This document shows positions 9,386-17,794 of a DNA stretch of 48,402 nucleotides, in pieces. The notes under the pieces were generated by a model. It searched no databases. It had not been told where the DNA came from and was given only the letters and a program-made list of their open reading frames with translations. A program made the position numbers and the translations under genes. Source of the stretch: Thermoplasmata archaeon (GTDB lineage: Archaea > Thermoplasmatota > Thermoplasmata > RBG-16-68-12); the NCBI GenBank assembly GCA_035639595.1, contig DASQXV010000082.1, positions 1 through 48,402 on the forward strand, written 5' to 3'. Position 1 is the first letter of the stretch, and each line of letters opens with the position of its first letter.

Positions 9386-10314
9386 ACCTCACCGATTTTC
9401 TTGAGTCCGAAAATCTTCTCCCACGCGAGGATAAGGCCGATGGCCATGAAGAGGATGACGGAGGCCATCGCCGCCGCGAGCGAATACTGCTGGCCGCTCA
9501 CCGCCTGGTCGATCAAGCCCGCGACGAGGATGCGGCTGCTGTCCGGAGAACCGCCGAGGAGTTGGGGGACGACGCTGTCCCCGAGGACGCCGACGAACAC
9601 GAAGATGCAGCCGATCAGGATGCCGGGAAGGGTGAGGGGGATGACGACTCGGAAGAGGGTGTCCCGGGGCCTCCCGCCCAGGTCCGCGCTCGCCGCCAGG
9701 ACGTTTCGATCGATCCGACTCATCGCGAGCCATACCGGGAAGACCATGAACGGAAGGTAGGTCGACAGGAGGCCCACGTGGACCGCGAACTCGGAAAACA
9801 GGAGCCACGTCACCTCGCCCCGGACGAGGCCCGTGGCTTGAAGGGTCGTATTGATCAGGCCCTCCACCCCCAAGACCATGTACCAGGATAGGGTGCGAAG
9901 GAGATAGCTGGTCAGAAAGGGGACCGCGAACAGGAGGAGGAGGGGCAGGGTGTACTTGCTCCCTCGCATCCGAATCCCGACGAAGTAGGCGATTGCGAAT
10001 CCCAGGACCATCGCGATGGCCGTCTGGGTCACCGCGATTCGTAGGGTCTTGAGGAAGATGTCGAAGCGCCAACCTGGCGCGCCGATGCCGAGGAATTGCG
10101 TGTAGGCGCTCACGGAGAACCCGGGGACGAGCCGGTTGTTTTGGACCGTCCAGAAGCTCCACGCGAATATGGAACCCAGCGGGACGAAGACGAACGTCAG
10201 GACGAAGAGGAGCGGTGGGGCGATTTGGAGATAGAACAGGGCGCGGCGGTGTTCGGCGAGGAACTCGGCGAGGCGGTCGAAAAGGCCCGAGCGTTTCCCC
10301 GCCGCCATCCGCAT
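9382..10314 (-). CDS. ABC transporter permease (PotB-like)
   Basis: Multi-TM, EAA-type loop (ASADLGGRPRDTLFRVVIPLTLPG), directly downstream of the binding-protein gene. Confidence 0.9.
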   Translation of the reverse strand: MRMAAGKRSGLFDRLAEFLAEHRRALFYLQIAPPLLFVLTFVFVPLGSIFAWSFWTVQNNRLVPGFSVSAYTQFLGIGAPGWRFDIFLKTLRIAVTQTAIAMVLGFAIAYFVGIRMRGSKYTLPLLLLFAVPFLTSYLLRTLSWYMVLGVEGLINTTLQATGLVRGEVTWLLFSEFAVHVGLLSTYLPFMVFPVWLAMSRIDRNVLAASADLGGRPRDTLFRVVIPLTLPGILIGCIFVFVGVLGDSVVPQLLGGSPDSSRILVAGLIDQAVSGQQYSLAAAMASVILFMAIGLILAWEKIFGLKKIGEV

Positions 10315-10335
10315 TCCTGCCGCCGCGGGACCTTG

Positions 10336-11571
10336 CTACGCGGTGACTTCGGTCCACGTGTCCTGGTACTGTTGAATGTTGGGTGGGGCCTGGTTCCCGT
10401 ACACGCTCACGCCATCGGAGAACTTCGCCTTGACGAGCGTATGCCGAGACTGGATGAAGTCCGCCTTGTAGGGTCCTCCTCCGGCGTCCGGGTTCGCCTG
10501 CGCGAACGAAATGGCGTCTGGTGTCGCGGTCAGATATCCGCGGATGGTCGTGATTCGGGCTCCATACCATCCCTGTAACGTCCACTCCATCAGGTGCAGG
10601 CATCGATCCAGGGTCGCGCTCTGGCCCCGCGGGGTCATGTAGAGCGGGATATTCCAGAGGTAGTACCCTTCCTTCGGGGCCATGTACCACGCGTTGACGG
10701 GAGGTTGCCGGTCCCTCAGGGCGAACACGACGGGTTCCCAGGTGTCCATCGCGACGACTTCATTCGTGGCGAGCAAGTTGACCGCGGTGTTCCAACCGGT
10801 CCAAAAGGTGCGGAACTGACCGGAGGCCTTCTGGGCCAGCATGAAGGACTTGATCTTGTTCAGGTCGTCCAAAGACAACGTCTCGAGGCTTGAAAGGGTG
10901 TCGAGGTTGTTCCTCTGAAGGTAGTTCGCGACTTTGTAGACCGCGCACGCCCAAGACGATTCCATGGCGGTCTTGCCGTTCCACGTGTCGTCGAATAGCA
11001 GTCCGTAGGTGTCCCCTCCTTGCCCAGGTTGTGTCGTGCCGACTCCCCAGAGAGCGTCGAGATTCATCGCCACGGAGTCCCCATTTTGGACGATCGGGAC
11101 GCCGACGATTTGACCCGTCGACTGGACGGTGATCGTCGGATTGTTCGTCCGGAGCTCGGGATAGATTTTGCTCCAGCTCGGGAGGACTTCCTCGGGATTG
11201 AAATCCACGATGGAGCCATCATTGAAGAGCGGATCGTCCAGGGTCCCCGCGTTGGAGATCACGTCGTAGATGTTCCGGCCGTCCGCTTTCATTTTGTTCA
11301 AGACCGGCACGGGATCCCAGGCGGCGTCCGTGAAATCGACTTCGTCGCCGAGACCGTCCCAACGTTCCGGGTTTCCTGTCCCGACGCCCCACCACTGCAG
11401 TCTCGGTCGCGACGGGGTGGAAAGATACGACAGGGCGCTGTAGCCGGCGATCCCTGCTCCCGCGACCACGACGGCGCCCAAACCTGCGTACTTCAGAAAG
11501 CGGCGACGTGACATCTGACCCCCTTCGGACACAGCCTCACGGCCCTCAGGCTTCTCCTCCATAGGCCCCAC
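10336..11571 (-). CDS. extracellular solute-binding protein (PotD/PotF-like) with twin-arginine signal
   Basis: MSRRRFLKYAGLGAVVVAGAG Tat-type signal. The Met of this signal is at 11514 and may be the true start. First gene of the SBP-permease-permease-aminotransferase operon. Confidence 0.85.
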   Translation of the reverse strand: MGPMEEKPEGREAVSEGGQMSRRRFLKYAGLGAVVVAGAGIAGYSALSYLSTPSRPRLQWWGVGTGNPERWDGLGDEVDFTDAAWDPVPVLNKMKADGRNIYDVISNAGTLDDPLFNDGSIVDFNPEEVLPSWSKIYPELRTNNPTITVQSTGQIVGVPIVQNGDSVAMNLDALWGVGTTQPGQGGDTYGLLFDDTWNGKTAMESSWACAVYKVANYLQRNNLDTLSSLETLSLDDLNKIKSFMLAQKASGQFRTFWTGWNTAVNLLATNEVVAMDTWEPVVFALRDRQPPVNAWYMAPKEGYYLWNIPLYMTPRGQSATLDRCLHLMEWTLQGWYGARITTIRGYLTATPDAISFAQANPDAGGGPYKADFIQSRHTLVKAKFSDGVSVYGNQAPPNIQQYQDTWTEVTA

Positions 11572-11700
11572 CTCGAAGAGCGACCGTGTGAATCGTCAGC
11601 ACGCTACTTAAGCGTTCTGGAGCCGGCCGCTTCCGCGTTCAAACGACGGCCGGTTTCCCGGAGCATTCGACGAGAAACGTGTCAATTCCTCGAAAGTTAT

Positions 11701-11934
11701 TCAATGGAGCACCGCAAGGACCTGACCCGCCTGGACCACGTCGTTCTCTTTGACGTGGATCGCGGCGACCCGCCCTTTCCCGGGAGCGGGGACCTCCATC
11801 TCCATCTTCATCGCTTCCATGATGAACAGCGCATCGCCGGGCTTCACCTCGTCTCCCGCTTTCACCTTGACCCGGACGATCATCCCCGGGATGTCCGCGG
11901 TGACGTCCACAGCCTTTCCCCCGGTCCCGATCAC
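11701..11934 (-). CDS. biotin carboxyl carrier (biotinyl/lipoyl-attachment) domain protein
   Basis: 77 aa, EAMKMEMEV biotinyl-lysine motif. GTG start overlaps the pxpA stop (GTGA at 11931-11934). Confidence 0.9.
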   Translation of the reverse strand: MIGTGGKAVDVTADIPGMIVRVKVKAGDEVKPGDALFIMEAMKMEMEVPAPGKGRVAAIHVKENDVVQAGQVLAVLH

Positions 11935-12704
11935 AAGAGCTTGAGGATGTTCGCGCGCTCGATGCCCTCTCGGGTCATCGCGGCTTCGAGGGCCTTCAGG
12001 ATCTCCGGCGTGTTCGGCGCGTCCCCATGGACGCAGACGCTCTTCACCTTCTGCGGAATCGTCTCGCCGGTGACCGTCGCAACCGTCCCCTCCTTCAGCA
12101 GGCGCACGAAACGCCGGGCGACCTCCTCAGGATCCCAAGCCTTCTTGGCCCGCTCGAGCGCGAGGGAGCCGTTCGGGAGGTAGTTCAGCTCCACGAACCC
12201 CTCCGGGACGACCGGGAGACCGCGTCTCTCCGCGATCTTGTAGGTGAGGGAGTTCGGCATGGCGAACAGGAGTAGCTCGGGATCGTATTCCTGGATCCCC
12301 TCGACGATCCCTTCGGACAACTCCTCGTCATTCACAGCGACCGTGTACATGGCGCCGTGCGGCTTCACGTGCTGGAGCCTCATCCCGTTCGTCTTCAGGA
12401 ATCCCGCGAGGGCGCCCACCTGGTAGATGATGTCGTCCTTCAGCTCGTCCTTCGTGACCTGGATGTACCGCCGTCCGAACCCTTCGCGGTCCGGGAAGCC
12501 CGTGTGGGCCCCGACGCCGACGCCGTGCTTCTTCGCGAGCTGGACCGTCTTGCGCATCACGTGCGGGTCGCTCGCGTGGAATCCGCAGGCGATGTTCGCC
12601 GACGTGACGAAGGGCATGACCTCTTCGTCCCGCCCCAGTCTCCAGATGCCATAACTCTCACCCATGTCGCAGTTCACGTCCACTTGCACGACCATGCTCC
12701 TCAC
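11931..12704 (-). CDS. pxpA: LamB/YcsF family protein, 5-oxoprolinase subunit A type
   Basis: VDVNCDMGESYG...ANIACGFHASDP...HGVGVGAHTGFPD are characteristic LamB/YcsF motifs. Confidence 0.9.
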   Translation of the reverse strand: MRSMVVQVDVNCDMGESYGIWRLGRDEEVMPFVTSANIACGFHASDPHVMRKTVQLAKKHGVGVGAHTGFPDREGFGRRYIQVTKDELKDDIIYQVGALAGFLKTNGMRLQHVKPHGAMYTVAVNDEELSEGIVEGIQEYDPELLLFAMPNSLTYKIAERRGLPVVPEGFVELNYLPNGSLALERAKKAWDPEEVARRFVRLLKEGTVATVTGETIPQKVKSVCVHGDAPNTPEILKALEAAMTREGIERANILKLL

Positions 12705-13684
12705 CTGCCCTGTTCGATCGATGACTCCGTCAGGAGCCGCTCCCGCTCCTCCCAGGCGCGGTACCCGGCCTCGACGCTCACCGACTTGAAATGCGCGACG
12801 TCGCCCGTCTTGCTCTGGCCCACGCGGTCCAGGTCCACCGTGACCACGGTCCCGATCGTCGCGAAGCCGCCCCCGCTGACCGCGTCATTCGGCAGGAGGA
12901 TTGGCTCGACGCCAGGTCCGGTCGTGTGCACGCTTCCCACCGGATACCCCGAGTCGACGACGTTCGTCGGGTCGGAGCCCGCCCCGAACGGCGGGGTCCG
13001 TTTCACGCACTCGAGCTGGGGTCCCGTGTAGCGGTACCCGACCCGGTCGATCTTGCTCGACACCTGCCAGTCCGCCGTGAGGAAGGTCTTGATCCCGGCG
13101 TCCGTGTACACGTAGCTCTCGATCCCGACAACGATTCGCAGTTCCCAGCGGTTCGAGTACCGCGGGACCCGATCCCGTTTGACGCGGCGGCCGACCAGGT
13201 CATCCGCGGGAGATCTTGATTTCCCGACCCGGAGCACGTCCCCCTTCCGAAGGGGCCGGCCCTCGTGGCCGCCGATCTCCCCACGGGCGTACGTGGCCTT
13301 GCTGCCGAGGACCTCCGGCACGTCGATCCCGCCCGCCACCGCGAGGTAGGCGCGGCAGCCGTTCTCGATCCTGCCGAACGTCAGGAGGCTCCCGGGCTGG
13401 ACCGCGACGCTCTCCCACATCGGGGCCGGCGCGCCATCGATCTTCGGCGAGAGGTCGCCTCCCGTGAGGGCGATCGTGTGTCCGTCTTGGAATCGGATCT
13501 GCGGGCCCAGGAGGGTGATCTCGATCCCCGCCTCGTTCTTGTCATTCCCGACGAGGAGGTTCGCGAGGCCGAGGCTCGTTCCGTCCTGCGCGCCGGAGGG
13601 CGGGATTCCCTGAGAGTAGAAGCCCGGCCGACCGTACAGGTCCTGCACGGTCGCCTCGATCCCGTGTTGGACGACCTCGAGCAC
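12701..13684 (-). CDS. pxpC: KipA/AHS2-type protein, 5-oxoprolinase subunit C type (biotin-dependent carboxyltransferase family)
   Basis: 327 aa. TVQDLYGRPGFYSQGIPPSGAQD and downstream cyclophilin-like-fold pattern typical of AHS2/KipA. Start overlaps or abuts neighbouring genes. Confidence 0.85.
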   Translation of the reverse strand: MLEVVQHGIEATVQDLYGRPGFYSQGIPPSGAQDGTSLGLANLLVGNDKNEAGIEITLLGPQIRFQDGHTIALTGGDLSPKIDGAPAPMWESVAVQPGSLLTFGRIENGCRAYLAVAGGIDVPEVLGSKATYARGEIGGHEGRPLRKGDVLRVGKSRSPADDLVGRRVKRDRVPRYSNRWELRIVVGIESYVYTDAGIKTFLTADWQVSSKIDRVGYRYTGPQLECVKRTPPFGAGSDPTNVVDSGYPVGSVHTTGPGVEPILLPNDAVSGGGFATIGTVVTVDLDRVGQSKTGDVAHFKSVSVEAGYRAWEERERLLTESSIEQGR

Positions 13685-14560
13685 TCAGCTGCCTCCGAGG
13701 TGAGCCTGCGTGTATCCTCGCGGGTCGCGGAGGTAGGCTTCCGGTTCGACGCTGACCGGCCGGATGCCGAAGCGGTACGTCCCGTCCTCGACCCCAGCCC
13801 AGATCCGGTCGTACTCTTCCCGGGTCACGGACCGCCACTTCAGGATGTCCCCGGGCTTGAGCAGCACCGGATTTTCCTTGAAGTCCGGATGCGCCTGGCG
13901 CGGGTCGTAGATCGGGTTCGTCGTGCGGCCGAGGAGCTGGTAGCCTCCGGGGTTCCGGACGGAGTAGATCGCGAGGAAGGCGCCCCCGAGGCCGACCGCT
14001 CGGTCCGGCGTCCAGGTCCGCGGGCGGTTGTACTTCGGCGCTTGGATCGCCTCCTCGTTGCTCACTCCGAGGGGATAGAGCCACGGGAGGCCCGGCGTGA
14101 AGCCGACCATGACGGTCCAGTAGGGAGTGGCGCACAGCGCCTTGATGAAGGACTCGCGGTCCTTGTAGCCGTTCACCTCCGCCACGAAGTCGATGTTCGG
14201 GACCTGCCCCGTGTTGTGGTGGGACTTGAAGGCTTCCGCGCACTCCGTCGTCCACGGGTCCGCGAAGAGGATCGGGAAGTCGATGATCCGGGTCGGGATC
14301 TCCGTGAGCTGGGTCATCGACCCCTCAATCTCCTTGAGGCGGCCGATCAGGGAGTCCGCGTGGATCGTCGAGCGGTCGTACTCCACGAGCATGGAACAAA
14401 TCGACGGGATGACCTCCACGATCCCCGGGATCTGCGCCTGCTTGATCGCCTCCGCCATGGAGAGCGTCTTGAAGTTCTCCGCGAGGGCCATGTCGATGCT
14501 GAACTCTACGAAGACGTATCGGTCGCCACCGTAGTCGTACCGCGCACTCTGATGCGCCAC
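13685..14560 (-). CDS. pxpB: KipI/AHS1-type protein, 5-oxoprolinase subunit B type
   Basis: 291 aa, GTG start with GGAGG upstream. YGGDRYVFVEF...IPSICSMLVEYD pattern of AHS1/KipI. Its stop abuts the pxpC start. Confidence 0.8.
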   Translation of the reverse strand: MAHQSARYDYGGDRYVFVEFSIDMALAENFKTLSMAEAIKQAQIPGIVEVIPSICSMLVEYDRSTIHADSLIGRLKEIEGSMTQLTEIPTRIIDFPILFADPWTTECAEAFKSHHNTGQVPNIDFVAEVNGYKDRESFIKALCATPYWTVMVGFTPGLPWLYPLGVSNEEAIQAPKYNRPRTWTPDRAVGLGGAFLAIYSVRNPGGYQLLGRTTNPIYDPRQAHPDFKENPVLLKPGDILKWRSVTREEYDRIWAGVEDGTYRFGIRPVSVEPEAYLRDPRGYTQAHLGGS

Positions 14561-14631
14561 CCCATTCCTCCCGTCCCAAGGGATCTTTGCCCGGGGATGA
14601 CGGACTGATTCGACGAGAAAGGGGGTGGACG

Positions 14632-15555
14632 CTATTTATCCTTATTCGTGCGGCCCTCGTCGGTTCGGTGGGATGCGGTCGACTTCGAAGTTCCTTCGAG
14701 TCGACGGCCTCTCTTTCGCAAAACGAGCAAGCTTATCGCGACCGCGGGCACCACCGCGGCGATCGAGACGAACGGGAGGATCTTGCCGAGGGTTGACGAG
14801 GCCGGCCGGACGAACCCTCCGGGGATGACCCCGAGGTTCACGCTGTGCGTGAGGTTGTCGAGGTTCGTCCACCGGACCGTGGTCCCGGCGGGAATCCGGA
14901 GGACCTCCGGATGGAAGTCCATGTGCCGGATCGTCACGTTGACGGTGCGGGAGGAGCCGTCCGAGGGCACGACCTCGACGATGCCCGTCATGTCGACGTG
15001 GGGCAGGCAGTGGTAGACGTAGACCGCGGGCGCCTCGAAGGTCCTCTCCCACGAATCGCTGCCGTTCAAGGGCGGGGATGCGGCCGCGATTGTGAGGTTC
15101 CAATCCGGTCCCGGCGGCTGCCCCTGCCACCGTCGCCAGTCGATGTCGGCGTAGATCGACCAAGTCACCTGGACGTTCGCAGGTCCCGAGTTCCGCAGGA
15201 CGAGGAAGTACGGGAGGTCTCCCGTCAGGCCCGCCATCCGCTGGGTCCCGTCGGGGACGGACAGGAGCGGATCCAACAGGGGCTCCGACCCCTGCCCGTC
15301 TCGGAAGGCCTCGAAGCCCGCCAGGTCGAAGAAGAGGACGTCGACACGCCCGGGCGGATCGACGTAAACCTCCCACCAGATGTCCCCCGTGTAGGTGAAG
15401 AAGTCGCTCCGCAGCCATACGAAATGGGCCTCCCAGGAGCCCGGATTCAGGGAGTCCGCGCTCCCCTTGTAAAGGGGCTTGTGAGAGGCGGAGGCGGGGA
15501 CGGCGCTCGCCAGGAGCAGGAGAATGAGCAGCCCCGCGGTCCCCCAACGCCGCAC
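14632..15555 (-). CDS. secreted, C-terminally membrane-anchored cupredoxin-like (type-1 copper) protein
   Basis: Signal peptide MRRWGTAGLLILLLLASAVPASA. YVYHCLPHVDMTGIVEV is the plastocyanin-type C..H..M ligand loop. FHPEVLRIPAGTTVRWTNLDNLTHSV is the N-terminal cupredoxin half with the His ligand. C-terminal TM helix plus basic tail. Confidence 0.75.
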   Translation of the reverse strand: MRRWGTAGLLILLLLASAVPASASHKPLYKGSADSLNPGSWEAHFVWLRSDFFTYTGDIWWEVYVDPPGRVDVLFFDLAGFEAFRDGQGSEPLLDPLLSVPDGTQRMAGLTGDLPYFLVLRNSGPANVQVTWSIYADIDWRRWQGQPPGPDWNLTIAAASPPLNGSDSWERTFEAPAVYVYHCLPHVDMTGIVEVVPSDGSSRTVNVTIRHMDFHPEVLRIPAGTTVRWTNLDNLTHSVNLGVIPGGFVRPASSTLGKILPFVSIAAVVPAVAISLLVLRKRGRRLEGTSKSTASHRTDEGRTNKDK

Positions 15556-15647
15556 GGGAGTTGCATGCCCCGGCCGCGATAACTAATTTTCCTCCCGACC
15601 TGGCGTGGGCTGAAAGGCTTTAGGAGCGACGGACGTTCCGCCGGAGG

Positions 15648-16988
15648 ATGTTCAACCGCGTCCTGGTCGCCAACCGGGGGGAGATCGCGGTGAGGGTGAT
15701 CCGGGGATGCCGCGAGCTCGGCGTCCGGACCGTCGCCGTGCATTCCGATCCGGACGCCGGGAGCCCTTTCGTCCGCCTCGCCGACGAGTCTGTCCCGCTG
15801 CCCGGCGCGAAACTTTCCGAGACCTATCTGGACATCCGGAAGATCCTCGACGCCGCCGCGAAGACGGGCGCGGAGGCGATCCACCCGGGATACGGACTGC
15901 TCTCGGAGAACCCGGCCTTCGCGGACGCCTGCCGACAGGAGGGGATCGTCTTCATCGGTCCGCCTGCGGCGTCCATGCGGGCGATGGGGGGCAAGGCCCC
16001 GTCCCGGGATCTCGTGAAGTCCCTCGGCCTCCCGACGATTCCCGGGAGCGAAGGGATCGTCCCGCGGGCCGAGGACGCCCTCGCGGTCGCCGATCGCCTG
16101 GGCTACCCGGTCCTCGTGAAAGCCTCCGCGGGCGGCGGCGGAATCGGGATGAAGATCGCCCATGGCCCGGACGAGTTGAGGACCGCCTTCGAGACGACCC
16201 AGCGGCTGGCCGTCGCCTCGTTCGGCGACGGACGGCTGATCGTGGAGAAGAACCTCGAGGAGCCGCGGCACGTGGAGATCCAGGTCGCGGCCGATGGTCA
16301 CGGTCGCACGGTCCATCTGTTCGAACGGGAGTGCACGGTCCAGCGCCGGTTCCAGAAGCTCCTCGAAGAGACCCCGTCGATGGCCTTGACGGACCCCCTC
16401 CGAGAGGCGATGGGGGATGCCGCGATCCGGATCGCGAGCGCGGCGGGCTACGTGAACCTGGGAACGGTGGAGTTCATCGTCTCGAAGGGTCGCTTCTACT
16501 TCCTCGAGATGAACACGCGCCTCCAGGTGGAGCATCCGATCACGGAGGTGACGACCGGGCTCGACCTGGTCCACCTCCAGTTGCAGATCGCGGCCGGCGA
16601 GGCCGGCCTCCCCGCCCAGGCCGAGATCGGACGCCGCGGGCACGGGATCGAGTGCCGCATCAACGCGGAGGACCCCGCGAAGAACTTCATGCCGAGTCCG
16701 GGGACAATCACGACATGGGTCGAGCCCGGAGGACCCCACGTCCGAGTGGACGCGGGGGTCACCGCCGGGCATACGGTCTCCTTCCTTTACGATCCTCTCC
16801 TCGCGAAACTCATCGTCTGGGCCGGCACGCGGGATCTCGCGATCCGCCGGATGGCGAGGGCCCTCTCGGAATTCCGGGTCGAGGGAGTGAAGACGACGAT
16901 CCCGTTCCACCGGGCGCTCCTCGAAAATGCGACGTTCCAATCGGGGCGCTATACGACCGCGATCGCGTCGGAAGTCAAGGTCGGTTGA
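15648..16988 (+). CDS. accC: biotin carboxylase (ATP-grasp) subunit
   Basis: MFNRVLVANRGEIAVRVIR..., HPGYGLLSEN, GYPVLVKASAGGGGIGM, EMNTRLQVEHPITE: full-length canonical biotin carboxylase. Confidence 0.95.
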   Translation: MFNRVLVANRGEIAVRVIRGCRELGVRTVAVHSDPDAGSPFVRLADESVPLPGAKLSETYLDIRKILDAAAKTGAEAIHPGYGLLSENPAFADACRQEGIVFIGPPAASMRAMGGKAPSRDLVKSLGLPTIPGSEGIVPRAEDALAVADRLGYPVLVKASAGGGGIGMKIAHGPDELRTAFETTQRLAVASFGDGRLIVEKNLEEPRHVEIQVAADGHGRTVHLFERECTVQRRFQKLLEETPSMALTDPLREAMGDAAIRIASAAGYVNLGTVEFIVSKGRFYFLEMNTRLQVEHPITEVTTGLDLVHLQLQIAAGEAGLPAQAEIGRRGHGIECRINAEDPAKNFMPSPGTITTWVEPGGPHVRVDAGVTAGHTVSFLYDPLLAKLIVWAGTRDLAIRRMARALSEFRVEGVKTTIPFHRALLENATFQSGRYTTAIASEVKVG

Positions 16989-17068
16989 GTCGCTCCGCGG
17001 CCCCGCCCCCTCGTCGGTCATTAGAATTATATCGGGTCCGGATATTCGGGCCGGCGGGTGAGTGGAGG

Positions 17069-17794
17069 TTGGCGGCGGGAGCCACGATCACTCGAGTCCG
17101 AACGGCCACGTACCATTTCTATCGATGGCGGTATGAGAGCGCGTTCCTCGTGAACCTCGGCTTGGCCGGGCTCTTCGCGTGCCTCACGGGATTCGGAGCG
17201 CTCGTGAAGGTGTACCTTCCTTGGACGCCGGTACCTATCACGGGCCAGCTCTTCTTCGTCCTGGCCTCCGCCGTCGTGCTTGGAAAACACTTCGGCGGCC
17301 TGAGCCAGATCCTGTACGCCCTCGTGGGTGTCCTCGCGGTCCCATGGTTCGCCGGACCGAACACGAATCCCCAGCCACTCTTCGACGGCGTCCCAGGTCT
17401 GTACCGCGGCGCCGGCGGCGTGGCGATCATTTCGGGGCCGACCTTCGGGTACATCCTCGGGTTCATCCTCACCGCGACGGCCATCGGCTGGGCGGTCGAT
17501 TCCCGGGTCCGGTATCGCCGCCCCGCGTCCCTTGGCCTCCTCCTCCTGGCGGGTATCGGGCTCGTCTATCTCCTCGGAGCCGGGTGGTTCTACGCTTGGT
17601 GGACGACCGGATTCGGCCTCGCGGCATCGAGGGGCGGCCTGTCCTTCGGCGACCTGATGGTGCGCGCGGTCATCCCATTCGTCCCCCTGGACCTCGTGAA
17701 GGCGGGAATCGTCCTGGGGATCGGGAGCCTCATCCTCCCGAACCGGCCCTTTGCCCGGGAGAAGGACGCGGGCTCCGCGGAACCCACCGTCTAG
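17069..17794 (+). CDS. bioY: BioY family biotin transporter (S component)
   Basis: The in-frame tail of ORF 15707..17794 becomes hydrophobic here. PVPITGQLFFVLASAVVLGKHFG and GPTFGYILGFIL match BioY. There is no ATG; the first in-frame start is TTG 17069 (GTG 17150 is the alternative), so the start is uncertain. Confidence 0.75.
   Translation: MAAGATITRVRTATYHFYRWRYESAFLVNLGLAGLFACLTGFGALVKVYLPWTPVPITGQLFFVLASAVVLGKHFGGLSQILYALVGVLAVPWFAGPNTNPQPLFDGVPGLYRGAGGVAIISGPTFGYILGFILTATAIGWAVDSRVRYRRPASLGLLLLAGIGLVYLLGAGWFYAWWTTGFGLAASRGGLSFGDLMVRAVIPFVPLDLVKAGIVLGIGSLILPNRPFAREKDAGSAEPTV

Noticed and set aside
9389-10690. 433-aa minus-strand ORF and similar ORFs (19310..20767, 15447..17021, 26403..27467, 27436..28542, 22149..23297)
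   Set aside because: Same reasoning: alternative-frame ORFs over confidently assigned transporter and enzyme genes, with biased composition.
11621-11655. Possible hairpin (AGCCGGCCG ... CGGCCGGTT, 17-nt loop) downstream of the BCCP gene as a terminator
   Set aside because: Short stem, large loop, and no T-tract following on the minus strand. It cannot be distinguished from chance GC-rich complementarity.
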